In this document: positions 49,405 through 58,550 of the stretch, piece by piece
How positions within the stretch are numbered: position 1 is the first letter of the stretch
Layout: every line of letters starts with the position of its first letter
DNA from: an uncultured Desulfuromonadales bacterium
Lineage (GTDB): Bacteria; Desulfobacterota; Desulfuromonadia; Geobacterales; CAIOGM01
Length of the DNA stretch: 64,000 nt
Reading direction: 5' to 3'
Assembly: GCA_903929485.1 (NCBI GenBank)
Contig: CAIYUY010000026.1
Span: 6,279 to 70,278, forward strand
The notes under the pieces: model-generated
Databases searched by the model: none
What the model saw: only the letters and a program-made list of their open reading frames with translations
What the model was told of the DNA's origin: nothing
Program-made: the position numbers and the translations under genes

Positions 49405-50337
49405 ATGGGAATATCCCGTTACTCTTCCATCGTTACCATGCCGGAAGCGAAACAGCCGTATCCATCTCTCATGGATTTTCTCTGCGCCCGGTTTCCCTCC
49501 ATTCCCCGCCGGATCTGGGAGCAACGCATTATCCAAGGGAAGCTGCTTGACGAGGCGAACCACCCCCTCCAGCCGGACTCCGGTTATGCGCCGGGGAGGC
49601 GGATCCGGTATTTCCGGGAGGTAGCCCAAGAATCGGAGATCCCCTTCACCGAAACCATACTTTTCCAGGATGAAGAGCTCCTGGTCGCCTGCAAGCCACC
49701 GTTTCTTCCCGTTATTCCGGGCGGAAGGTATGTCAACGAGTGTCTGCTGAATCGGTTGCGCATCCGGACGGGCAACGACGATCTGACGCCTCTCCACAGA
49801 ATCGATAGGGAAACTGCCGGAATCGTCCTCTTTTCCGTCAATCGACGCAACCGGAACGACTACAGTGAGCTCTTCCGGAAGGGCGAAGTGGATAAGACAT
49901 ACCAGGCGCTATCCCATGCCGTCCCTCCTCTCGGTAGAACCAGGTGGGAACCGGAGGACAGGATCGTACAGGGGGAGCCCTGGTTCAGGATGAAAAGCGC
50001 TCCCGGAGCAACCAATGCCCGTTCAATAATCACCCTGGAGGAGGTGCGGGGGGGAGTTGCCCGCTTTGAGCTCCACCCGCTCACCGGCAAGACCCACCAA
50101 CTCCGCCTTCATCTCAGCGGTCTGGGGTTCGGGATAGCCAACGACAGGCTGTATCCGGAACTGCGGCCTGAATCATCCGATGATTATCACCACCCGCTTC
50201 AGCTTCTCGCCAAGAAAATCAGCTTCCGGGATCCCGTTACCGGCAAACAAAGAGAGTTCATCTCACCGCGGGTACTTGATTGGAACTCTCTTCGTTTCAG
50301 AACTCGGCGTGACGCGGAGTCCGGGGAAAAGGGATGA
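49405..50337 (+). CDS. RluA-family pseudouridine synthase
   Basis: KPPFLPV.P.G, LHRIDRETAG (catalytic Asp), KTYQA, TGKTHQLRLHL and LQLLA. The 3' end overlaps asnS convergently. Confidence 0.9.
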   Translation: MGISRYSSIVTMPEAKQPYPSLMDFLCARFPSIPRRIWEQRIIQGKLLDEANHPLQPDSGYAPGRRIRYFREVAQESEIPFTETILFQDEELLVACKPPFLPVIPGGRYVNECLLNRLRIRTGNDDLTPLHRIDRETAGIVLFSVNRRNRNDYSELFRKGEVDKTYQALSHAVPPLGRTRWEPEDRIVQGEPWFRMKSAPGATNARSIITLEEVRGGVARFELHPLTGKTHQLRLHLSGLGFGIANDRLYPELRPESSDDYHHPLQLLAKKISFRDPVTGKQREFISPRVLDWNSLRFRTRRDAESGEKG

Positions 50338-51682
50338 CGTCACGAATGTTCTCCATCCCGGTGAGGTACATGATGAGCCGTTCAAAACCGAGACCGAACC
50401 CCGCATGGGGGCAGGAGCCCCACCTGCGGGAATCCAGATACCACCAAAGCCCTTCCTCGGAAATTCCCATCTCGGCCATCCGTTGCCGCAGAAGGTCCGA
50501 CCTCTCCTCCCGCTGACTGCCTCCGATAATCTCCCCCACCTTGGGGACAAGGAGATCCATCGCCGCGACGGTCCGGCCATCATCATTGCCCCGCATGTAA
50601 AACGCCTTGATCTCCCTGGGGTAGTTGATGACAAAGAGCGGACCGTCGGCCACCTGTTCCGTAAGGTAGCGTTCGTGTTCGGTCTGGAGATCGACTCCCC
50701 ACGCCACCGGATAGACGAAGGGAACCTTCGCCCTCCGGAGTTGGACGATGGCCTCACCGTACTCCATGACCTGAAACGTACTGTCGGCAACCTTTCGGAT
50801 CCGCTGGATGAGACCGGTATCCATATGGGAATTAAAAAACTCCATGTCCTCCCCACACTCATCCAGCACCCGGCGGCAGAGGTAACGGAAAAACTCCTCG
50901 GCAAGAGCGGCATCGGCGGCCAGATCGGCGAAGGCCATCTCCGGCTCGATCATCCAGAACTCGGCGGCGTGACGGGAGGTGTTGGAATTTTCAGCCCGGA
51001 AGGTCGGACCGAAGGTATAGATATCGCTAAAGGCCAGGGCAAAGAGTTCCCCTTCAAGCTGGCCGCTCACCGTGAGCCCGGTGGAGCGGCTGAAGAAATC
51101 CGCGGAGAAATCAACCTCCCCCTTGATCCGCGGCGGAGCAGCCAAATCCAGGGTGGTGACGCGGAACAGTTCTCCGGCCCCTTCGCAGTCATTAGCGGTG
51201 ATGATGGGAGTATGGACACAGAGAAAGTCCCGCTCGGCAAAGAACTGATGAATCGCTTGGGCGAGGAACGAACGAACCCTGAAGAGCGCCCCAAAGGTAT
51301 TGGTCCGTGGCCGTAGATGGGCGATGGTCCGGAGATACTCGAAACTGTGGCGCTTCTTCTGCAGAGGATAATCCAAAGCGGCGTCCTGGTAGATCGTCAC
51401 TGACGCGGCTGCAAGCTCAAACCGCTGTCCGGTTGCGGGGGACTCCACCAGTGTCCCGGCTACCGCAAGGGAACTCCCGGTTCCCAGTCGGACGATCTGC
51501 GGGAAAGAGGGGAGGAGAGAATCCACCACAATCTGAATACCTCCGAGACAAGAGCCATCATTGAGAACGATGAACGCCACCCCCTTGCCGGCCCGCACCG
51601 AACGGACCCAACCGGAAACAGCATACTCTTCCCCTCCCCTCCCCTGCGCCAGAATCTGTTTGATTCTCATTCGACCCGTCAT
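50297..51682 (-). CDS. asnS: Asparaginyl-tRNA synthetase
   Basis: LNDGSC, YPLQKKRHS, LTVSGQL, FRAENSNTSRHAAEFWMIEPE and GFGLGFER. Confidence 0.97.
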   Translation of the reverse strand: MTGRMRIKQILAQGRGGEEYAVSGWVRSVRAGKGVAFIVLNDGSCLGGIQIVVDSLLPSFPQIVRLGTGSSLAVAGTLVESPATGQRFELAAASVTIYQDAALDYPLQKKRHSFEYLRTIAHLRPRTNTFGALFRVRSFLAQAIHQFFAERDFLCVHTPIITANDCEGAGELFRVTTLDLAAPPRIKGEVDFSADFFSRSTGLTVSGQLEGELFALAFSDIYTFGPTFRAENSNTSRHAAEFWMIEPEMAFADLAADAALAEEFFRYLCRRVLDECGEDMEFFNSHMDTGLIQRIRKVADSTFQVMEYGEAIVQLRRAKVPFVYPVAWGVDLQTEHERYLTEQVADGPLFVINYPREIKAFYMRGNDDGRTVAAMDLLVPKVGEIIGGSQREERSDLLRQRMAEMGISEEGLWWYLDSRRWGSCPHAGFGLGFERLIMYLTGMENIRDVIPFPRTPRHAEF

Positions 51683-51754
51683 TAACCACCCCCGGATATA
51701 GGACTACGTTCATGACCAAAAACCGACAACCGGTCATCATTTCAGCAAAAATAA

Positions 51755-52171
51755 TTATTTTTCAAAATTTTGCGCAGAGATAAACGCGGCGAAATTTCTG
51801 TCTTCAAGACGGATATGTTGTATGAACCAGCGGATCAACAGCCGCTTGGTGGCCATGATATGCGATGGACTTACCTCCCCCAACGCTACGATCTCTTTGT
51901 CCAGCAGCGACAGATCCCTTATGAATTTGCGGTGTAATTCCCTGTGGCGGCCGAAATCAGGATACAGAGCGCCTGCCATGTAATCCTCTTCATCATGAAA
52001 ATGCACCTGCGTGTACTGCTTAAGATAGTCCAACAGACACTCAAGATCCTGGGTGGCCGCGCCGTGATCGCACGCTTCGAAAAAATTGTCAAATTTTACG
52101 AATATTTGCTTGTGTTGTTCGTCCACGACTTCTATCCCTGTGAACAAACTGGTCTGCCACGTTATGGACAC
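51755..52171 (-). CDS. Bacteriohemerythrin
   Basis: W......G...VDEQH, HFHDEE, HRELH and WFIQHIRLED iron-ligand pattern. Confidence 0.92.
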   Translation of the reverse strand: MSITWQTSLFTGIEVVDEQHKQIFVKFDNFFEACDHGAATQDLECLLDYLKQYTQVHFHDEEDYMAGALYPDFGRHRELHRKFIRDLSLLDKEIVALGEVSPSHIMATKRLLIRWFIQHIRLEDRNFAAFISAQNFEK

Positions 52172-52322
52172 AATTTACCCCCAAAAAAAAGTATCGACTA
52201 TCATCATGTTTTTTGCCTGGAGAATACACCGATAATCACTCATAAATCAACACGGTTAGCCATGTTATCCGTTGAGGGTTCATCAAATAAAACCGCCGGG
52301 AACGTCAGCCGACATATCCGGA

Positions 52323-52356
52323 GAAAAGAAAAAAGCCCCTGATTTCTCGGAGGCTT
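52323..52356 (-). terminator. Intrinsic terminator
   Basis: AAGCCTCCGA-GAAA-TCAGGGGCTT followed by TTTTCTTTTC on the minus strand. Confidence 0.7.
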
Positions 52357-52390
52357 AAGACATAACCGCTCGGCGGTGGTGCAGGGAAAA

Positions 52391-52606
52391 TCAATCGCCG
52401 CTGAAACTGCCCGGAGTAAAAAGGAACGTATACCCGGCGAGAACAAACATGGCGCAGAGAAAAAGGTAAAAGAGCGCGGTGAATATCTTTTGTTTATCAC
52501 GAGTCATCCGGACGAATCTCTTCATCCCTTCCGAGCGATGTTTTTTTATGCGGCGGCGCTCGCTCTTTACTTCATCCGGTCTCGTATCCTGTCCGTTCAT
52601 GACCAT
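52391..52606 (-). CDS. Small membrane protein (basic N-terminus, C-terminal TM)
   Basis: AGGGA RBS, TM IFTALFYLFLCAMFVLAGYTFLF and a same-strand terminator downstream. Confidence 0.55.
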   Translation of the reverse strand: MVMNGQDTRPDEVKSERRRIKKHRSEGMKRFVRMTRDKQKIFTALFYLFLCAMFVLAGYTFLFTPGSFSGD

Positions 52607-52798
52607 TATCGTTCCCTGAAAAAAGTAAATTGCCCGGCGGACCATGCCGGTATCATGCAGCAGTTTGCCGCCTTGCGGGTATCGGCGTCACGGCTTCGAA
52701 CAAAACTTTCGTACGCTGGAAAAGTAGCGTCACGGGGGTCCGTTTGTCAAGCAATAATGCAGTCTGCTGATGAGAAAATCATATCTTATGAGTCAGGC

Positions 52799-52889
52799 AA
52801 GGATGGAACGAATGCATGACCTAGCATCGTTGCCGTGTCAATTTTAAGGATGGAACGAATGCATGACCTAGCATCGTTGCCGTGTCAAT
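52799..52889. repeat. Exact 44-bp direct duplication
   Basis: AAGGATGGAACGAATGCATGACCTAGCATCGTTGCCGTGTCAAT at 52799-52842 and 52846-52889. Confidence 0.95.
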
Positions 52890-53587
52890 ATTACGGATCG
52901 AAAAGAGCGCACCAGTAAAGGGACGACGAACATCATCCCCAGAACCACCAGCATGGTGCTGTTCGGATCTCGAAAGTACGAGTTCAGGCGCAACGTCGCC
53001 AGTGCGATGACAGCAAAATAAAGCATGTCTCCGGCCAGGGCAAAGGCCCAGCCGGCGATGAATCCGTGGCCCGCGGCCAGCGCCGTGGCCCGCCCCGTCA
53101 TCGGGTCCACGCCAAAGGCAATCATGACCAGCGTAAGGGGTCCCGCGCCGGTACCGCCGAAATGCGACACGCTGCGAGCCGTTACCCCCTTTAAGGCAAT
53201 TGTGAGACGAGCGAGAAAGGGGACACTCCCCCCCAACGCCGCCAGAAACCTAAGGATCGGTTCAAAGGCGAGGGCCAGGACAAGATCGGAGACCAAATAG
53301 AGACCGCCGATGACCGGCCATGTCAACCCTTGGGCGCGAGCAAGCAAAACACCGGCGGGAATTCCGCCCCCCACGGGAAGCAGGAAGAGCTTCAACACGG
53401 GAATCAATGAGGGTGATGACTGGAGCAAGCGGGGAAGTTGCGTGGAAAGCGAAAAAACAGCCATGGGACTCCGTGTGCCGAGAGGATCTAAAGGTCGGCA
53501 GTTTCGGCACAGCATACTTGATTCCTTCCCCCCTTGACAGGATAATTGGTGCGGTGTCCCGTAAATCATCAAAAAAACCAGCCGCAC
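52868..53587 (-). CDS. Hypothetical multi-TM membrane protein (start uncertain, likely 53515 or 53464)
   Basis: Several hydrophobic segments with LPVGGGIPAGV and FGVDPMTG pseudo-repeats, reminiscent of DedA-like/small multidrug export folds. Confidence 0.65.
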   Translation of the reverse strand: MRLVFLMIYGTPHQLSCQGGKESSMLCRNCRPLDPLGTRSPMAVFSLSTQLPRLLQSSPSLIPVLKLFLLPVGGGIPAGVLLARAQGLTWPVIGGLYLVSDLVLALAFEPILRFLAALGGSVPFLARLTIALKGVTARSVSHFGGTGAGPLTLVMIAFGVDPMTGRATALAAGHGFIAGWAFALAGDMLYFAVIALATLRLNSYFRDPNSTMLVVLGMMFVVPLLVRSFRSVILTRQRC

Positions 53588-53609
53588 TGCAAACTGTAAG
53601 TCGTATGTT

Positions 53610-55253
53610 TTACCTTCTGAGTTCCTTTACTTTCCGCGCCGCATATTCACGGGATCCCGGAAGATACTCATCGTCAGCAGTACTAAGGGCAAATTCATAA
53701 TCCTTCAAGGCATCCTGATACCTCCCCATGTTTTCGTAGGTGGTGCCACGATTAATTCGGGCCTCGCCGTCCGCGGGATTACGCCTCAACGCTTCGGTCA
53801 AGAGCTGAGCCGCACTCTCGAAGTTTCCTGATTGCAGCCGTATGTATCCCAGCAGGGTGTGGACCGATGGCAATGAATCGTCCAAGGCCAACGCGCGTTC
53901 AAGATACTTCTCCGCGCGTTGGGGGTCCGCCATATCAGGCGGGATGAGGTAGGCGGCGCCCAGATAATAGTAGCCGTAAGCGTTATCAGGATACAGATCG
54001 GTCATCTTCGTAAACAGGGCTCTCTCGTCCTTCCAGTCACAATTTCGCTTCAGAGTCATACCTGCCGACAGTATGAGTATGAGCACTGCGCCGACTGCAA
54101 CGGCGGAACCAACCATTCTGCTCCGGGAGCGGATCACTTTATCAAACTGGCCGGCAACCGCTATCCATATCCCTATGGCAGGCAGGTAGAGGTAACGATC
54201 CGCCATGACTATGTTGGAGAAATAGACCACGCCGCTTATGGGCAGCCAGAAGGCGACGCCCCAGATGAGACCGAAACGCTCGGCCCGGTTTTCCCGACGC
54301 AGGACAATCCATGCCGCGACCGCGACAATGCAGCCCCAGGTAATCGCCAACAGTACCCCCCTCAAGGGAAGATCTCCCGGCATGGCGTACCGTGGCGAGA
54401 GGGATGCCGGCCAGATGATCGTCAGCAGATACTTGGGTAAGATAAACAGATTATTTTGCATCCGTTCGCCGAAGTTCGGGATACTGTACAGCGTGGCCAG
54501 CTTCTGCATGCCGAAGCCCGGTATGATACTTTTCTGAATACCGGCGGCGGAAAGCGTCTGCCATCGCATGACAAGGTATACTCCGGCTGCCGGCAGGTAA
54601 GGGGCCATCCTCACCGCGGCCTTTGTCCGTGCCTCAACCCCTCCTTTCCAGGAATTTCGCAGCTCCAGCCCCAGAAGAACAGGCAGGAGCATCAGCGCCA
54701 TCTCCTTGGAAAAGAGAGCAGCAAGGAAAAGGAGCGCGCCGGCAATACAGAGGATAAAACGGTTAGTGATGATGCTTCGCTGATGCAGCAGAAATGCCGC
54801 AAGCACGAAAAAGCATGCCAGCATGGTATTACGTCCGCCGGAGAGATAATTAACGCTCTCGGCATTTATGGGATGAACCGCAAAGAGGGCGCCGGCAAGA
54901 AGCGCCGCTCTCCGTCCCTTCAAAACAGATAAACCGAGCAGGTAAACAAGAAACACATTCGCGGCATGCAGAATGACATTGCATCCGTGCATGAACAACG
55001 GATCGAAGCCATGCGCTTTTTTCTCAACGAAAAAGGTCATATAGGTAAGAGGGCGGTAAAAAGGAAGAAGCTGGGTGGGATCCGTGTCGATTGCCCGAAA
55101 AAGAGAAAGAATGCCGTCGTGAAATGCCCGGTTCTTGAGGATGATGTAGGAATCGTCCTGGACAAAGCCGTTTACCAGAGTGTTTGCATAGACCATCAGC
55201 GCAAGCGCGGAAAGAGCCAAGCCGATGATCCACTCCTTGTAATTTTTCTCCAT
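53610..55253 (-). CDS. TMTC-like GT-C membrane glycosyltransferase with C-terminal TPRs
   Basis: FVQDD loop after TM1, FYRPL, HPINAESV, SKE, ADRYLYLP, WKDE..LF, then TPR motifs. Confidence 0.85.
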   Translation of the reverse strand: MEKNYKEWIIGLALSALALMVYANTLVNGFVQDDSYIILKNRAFHDGILSLFRAIDTDPTQLLPFYRPLTYMTFFVEKKAHGFDPLFMHGCNVILHAANVFLVYLLGLSVLKGRRAALLAGALFAVHPINAESVNYLSGGRNTMLACFFVLAAFLLHQRSIITNRFILCIAGALLFLAALFSKEMALMLLPVLLGLELRNSWKGGVEARTKAAVRMAPYLPAAGVYLVMRWQTLSAAGIQKSIIPGFGMQKLATLYSIPNFGERMQNNLFILPKYLLTIIWPASLSPRYAMPGDLPLRGVLLAITWGCIVAVAAWIVLRRENRAERFGLIWGVAFWLPISGVVYFSNIVMADRYLYLPAIGIWIAVAGQFDKVIRSRSRMVGSAVAVGAVLILILSAGMTLKRNCDWKDERALFTKMTDLYPDNAYGYYYLGAAYLIPPDMADPQRAEKYLERALALDDSLPSVHTLLGYIRLQSGNFESAAQLLTEALRRNPADGEARINRGTTYENMGRYQDALKDYEFALSTADDEYLPGSREYAARKVKELRR

Positions 55254-55451
55254 GCGACGCCGCTCCTGAATACTTATAATTTCCCCATCGACATATTTTT
55301 TCCAAAATAGTCATGCAGTTCATCACTTCCCTTGTCTACCATGACAAAGACGTTTTGTCACGCTTCCCGCTGCTCTGCCCCGAAATTTCTTTACAATACG
55401 GCTTAATTCGACTATTATTCATCGATTAATCTCCAGCAAGACAAGGCGGAC

Positions 55452-57260
55452 ATGGCGGTATCGCACATTCAGAGCATTCGTAATTTCTCCATCATCGCTC
55501 ATATCGACCATGGCAAGTCCACCCTGGCGGACCGACTCATGGAGTACACCGGCGCCGTCTCCGACCGGGAAAGCAAAGACCAGTTTCTCGACAAGATGGA
55601 TCTTGAACGGGAACGGGGAATCACCATCAAGGCCCAGACGGTCAGGCTGAACTATCTGGCCGACAACGGCCACACCTATATTCTCAACCTCATCGACACC
55701 CCCGGCCATGTGGACTTCACCTACGAGGTCTCCCGGTCGCTCTCCGCCTGTGAAGGGGGTCTTTTGGTGGTGGATGCATCTCAAGGGGTGGAGGCCCAGA
55801 CCCTGGCCAACGTCTATCTGGCTCTGGACATAAACCTTGAAGTTTTCCCGGTCCTCAACAAGATCGACCTCCCCGCCGCCGAACCGGAGCGAGTCCGGCA
55901 AGAGATCGAAGAGATCATCGGCATCGACGCCCACGACGCGGTCCTGGCCTCGGCCAAGAGCGGGATCGGCATCAGGGAGATCCTGGAGCAGATTGTCAGG
56001 AAGATTCCCCACCCCGTGGGAGACCCGGCCAAACCGCTGAAGGCGCTCCTCTTCGACTCGTGGTATGACCAGTACCAAGGGGTCGTTATCCTGGTCCGAA
56101 TCATCGACGGAGTCCTGAAAAAAGGGGACAAGATTCTCCTCATGTCCAACAAGAAGAGCTATGAGGCGCTAAAGGTGGGGGTCTTTGCCCCGGTCATGGT
56201 GGAGCGTCCCGAACTCTCCGCCGGTGAAGTCGGCTTCGTCATCGCCGGGATCAAGGATGTGGCGGACGCCAAGATCGGCGACACCGTCACCCTCTACCAT
56301 AAACCGTGCCCGGCAGCGCTGGAAGGTTTCAAGGAAGTAAAGCCCATGGTCTTCTCCGGGCTCTACCCCATCGACACGGCCCAGTACGAACAACTCCGCG
56401 ACGCACTGGCCAAACTAAAGCTCAACGACTACTCCTTCTCCTACGAACCGGAAACCTCCCTGGCTCTGGGGTTCGGCTTCCGCTGCGGTTTTCTGGGACT
56501 CCTTCACATGGAGATCATCCAGGAACGGTTGGAGCGTGAGTTCAATCTGGATCTCATCACCACCGCCCCCACGGTTGTCTACAGGGTTCACAAGACCAGC
56601 GGCGAGCTTTTTACCATCGAGAGCGCCACCCAGCTTCCCTCACCGGGGGTCATCGACTTTGTGGAGGAGCCTTTCATCCTCGCCTCCATTCATGTCCCCA
56701 ACGAGTTCGTGGGAGGGGTCCTGGCCCTCTGCGAGGAAAAACGGGGATCCCAACGGGAGATCAAGTACCTTACCCCCGCCCGGGTCATGGTCGTCTATGA
56801 ACTCCCCCTCAACGAGGTGGTGCTGGATTTTTACGACCGGCTGAAGTCACTCACCAAGGGGTATGCCTCGCTGGATTACGACCACCTGGACTACCGCCGC
56901 AGTGACCTGATCCGACTGGACATCCTCATCAACGGCGAGAGCGTGGACGCGCTTTCCCTCATCATCCACCGGGACAAAGCTTACTACCGGGGGCGGGAAC
57001 TGGCTGCAAAGATGAAGGAACTAATCCCCCGCCAGATGTTTGAGGTGGCCATCCAGGCGGCCATCGGCGCCAAGGTCATCGCCCGGGAGACGGTAAAGGC
57101 GCTCCGAAAGGACGTCCTTGCCAAGTGCTACGGCGGCGACATCTCCCGAAAACGAAAACTTTTGGAAAAGCAGAAGGAAGGAAAAAAACGGATGAAGAAC
57201 GTAGGGAACGTGGAACTGCCGCAGGAGGCGTTCCTGGCGATTCTCAAAGTGGAAGATTAA
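55452..57260 (+). CDS. lepA: Elongation factor 4
   Basis: [32 protein letters not shown] and [21 protein letters not shown]. Confidence 0.98.
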   Translation: MAVSHIQSIRNFSIIAHIDHGKSTLADRLMEYTGAVSDRESKDQFLDKMDLERERGITIKAQTVRLNYLADNGHTYILNLIDTPGHVDFTYEVSRSLSACEGGLLVVDASQGVEAQTLANVYLALDINLEVFPVLNKIDLPAAEPERVRQEIEEIIGIDAHDAVLASAKSGIGIREILEQIVRKIPHPVGDPAKPLKALLFDSWYDQYQGVVILVRIIDGVLKKGDKILLMSNKKSYEALKVGVFAPVMVERPELSAGEVGFVIAGIKDVADAKIGDTVTLYHKPCPAALEGFKEVKPMVFSGLYPIDTAQYEQLRDALAKLKLNDYSFSYEPETSLALGFGFRCGFLGLLHMEIIQERLEREFNLDLITTAPTVVYRVHKTSGELFTIESATQLPSPGVIDFVEEPFILASIHVPNEFVGGVLALCEEKRGSQREIKYLTPARVMVVYELPLNEVVLDFYDRLKSLTKGYASLDYDHLDYRRSDLIRLDILINGESVDALSLIIHRDKAYYRGRELAAKMKELIPRQMFEVAIQAAIGAKVIARETVKALRKDVLAKCYGGDISRKRKLLEKQKEGKKRMKNVGNVELPQEAFLAILKVED

Positions 57261-57265
57261 GAAAC

Positions 57266-57334
57266 AGGTTGAGACTGAGGTCGAGATAACCTCAGCCTCA
57301 ACCTAGGCGTCAACCTCAACCTCGACCTCAACCT
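57266..57334. repeat. Inverted arrays of hexamer repeats
   Basis: AGGTTG-AGACTG-AGGTCG-AG followed by (CTCRRC)n: AACCTCAGCCTCAACCT...CAACCTCAACCTCGACCTCAACCT. Confidence 0.8.
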
Positions 57335-57347
57335 AAGGATTTGCTTT

Positions 57348-58007
57348 ATGGCAGCAGAGAAAGTGACGACTGCGGGGATCCCCGCCACCCCCAACCAGCC
57401 CAAGAAAAAACATATCGCCCGGGAATACGCCGAGTCGATCATCGTGGCCGTTATCCTGGCGCTCATCATTCGGACCCTGGTAGTCCAGGCTTTCAAGATC
57501 CCGTCCGGTTCCATGGAAGATACGCTTGCCATCGGCGATCATATCCTCGTGAACAAATTCATCTACGGGATGAAAATCCCCTTTGTGGATTCGAAATTTT
57601 TCAAAATTCGCGATCCGCGACGGGGAGACGTCATCGTCTTTGAATACCCTGAAGATGCCAGCAAAGACTTCATAAAACGGGTAATCGGGACTCCTGGCGA
57701 CACCGTGGAGGTAAAGGAGAAGAAGGTCTACGTAAATGGCCTTCCCTATGAGAACCCCCACGAAGTACACAAGGAAAAGGATCTCTTCCCCAGAGAGCAG
57801 AACCCGCGAGATAACATGGGACCGGTGAAGGTTCCCGCCGACTCCTACTTCATGATGGGAGACAACCGTGACCGTTCCTACGACAGCCGCTTCTGGGGCT
57901 TCGTCAAGGGGGACAAGGTTAAGGGCCTTGCTTTCATAAAATACTGGTCATGGGACAACGAACATTTCCGGGTCAGATTGCGTAGTATCGGCAAGTTGAT
58001 CGACTAA
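57348..58007 (+). CDS. lepB: Signal peptidase I
   Basis: IPSGSM, RGDVIVF, FIKRVIG.PGD and GDNRDRSYDSR. Confidence 0.97.
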   Translation: MAAEKVTTAGIPATPNQPKKKHIAREYAESIIVAVILALIIRTLVVQAFKIPSGSMEDTLAIGDHILVNKFIYGMKIPFVDSKFFKIRDPRRGDVIVFEYPEDASKDFIKRVIGTPGDTVEVKEKKVYVNGLPYENPHEVHKEKDLFPREQNPRDNMGPVKVPADSYFMMGDNRDRSYDSRFWGFVKGDKVKGLAFIKYWSWDNEHFRVRLRSIGKLID

Positions 58008-58022
58008 AAAACCAACCGACAG

Positions 58023-58352
58023 ATGAGTATACGATTTTATATCATTCCGGGAGCCATTATACTCTTCATCCTTTTTTTTACCGTTTTTGGTGAGAGGGGG
58101 GTCCTGCGGATCCATCACCTGTCCCGGGAAAAAGAAGATATCCAAAAAAAAGCCATACTTATCAAGGCGGAAAACGAGCAACTTAAACGGGAGATTGAGG
58201 CGCTAAAGTCCGACCGGAGGTACCTGGAAAGCATCGCGCGAAAAGAGTTCGGACTGGTTCGCCCCAATGAAATCATCTACCAGTTTTCGACCAAGGCCGC
58301 GGCGGTACAGAAACTCGCCGTCACCCCTCTCCGCAGTTCCTCTCACCACTAA
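58023..58352 (+). CDS. ftsB: Septum formation initiator FtsB/DivIC
   Basis: TM, FGERG, coiled coil (ENEQLKREIEAL) and ESIARKEFGLVRPNEIIY. Confidence 0.88.
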   Translation: MSIRFYIIPGAIILFILFFTVFGERGVLRIHHLSREKEDIQKKAILIKAENEQLKREIEALKSDRRYLESIARKEFGLVRPNEIIYQFSTKAAAVQKLAVTPLRSSSHH

Positions 58353-58385
58353 CCCGCAGCCGCCGGCGGACAGGAGATACCCGGT

Positions 58386-58550
58386 ATGAACAGTTCAAGC
58401 GGCGCACAATTCTGCGCCATCTGCGCCTGGCGTGCAAACTGTGCAAAAAAGTTCTCTGTCGCCGACCGCGGGGCTCACTGCCCTGATTTCTGTCGCGACA
58501 TTTCGCTGAAAGAGCCTGACGCAAAGAAGAACCAGGAGGGTACTTCATGA
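58386..58550 (+). CDS. 54-aa Cys-rich small protein (not in ORF track)
   Basis: [54 protein letters not shown]; AGGAG RBS; TGA overlaps the argS ATG (ATGA). Confidence 0.8.
   Translation: MNSSSGAQFCAICAWRANCAKKFSVADRGAHCPDFCRDISLKEPDAKKNQEGTS

Noticed and set aside
52376-52819. 147-aa plus-strand ORF
   Set aside because: The minus-strand ORF 52391-52606 has an RBS, a TM helix and a same-strand terminator; the plus ORF has no such support.
52799-52889. Mini-CRISPR reading of the 44-bp repeat
   Set aside because: Only two copies, a 3-nt gap, and the repeat contains a gene's stop codon.
57257-57532. ORF ending in LRLRSRLRL repeats
   Set aside because: It is a translation of the hexamer array, antisense to lepB.
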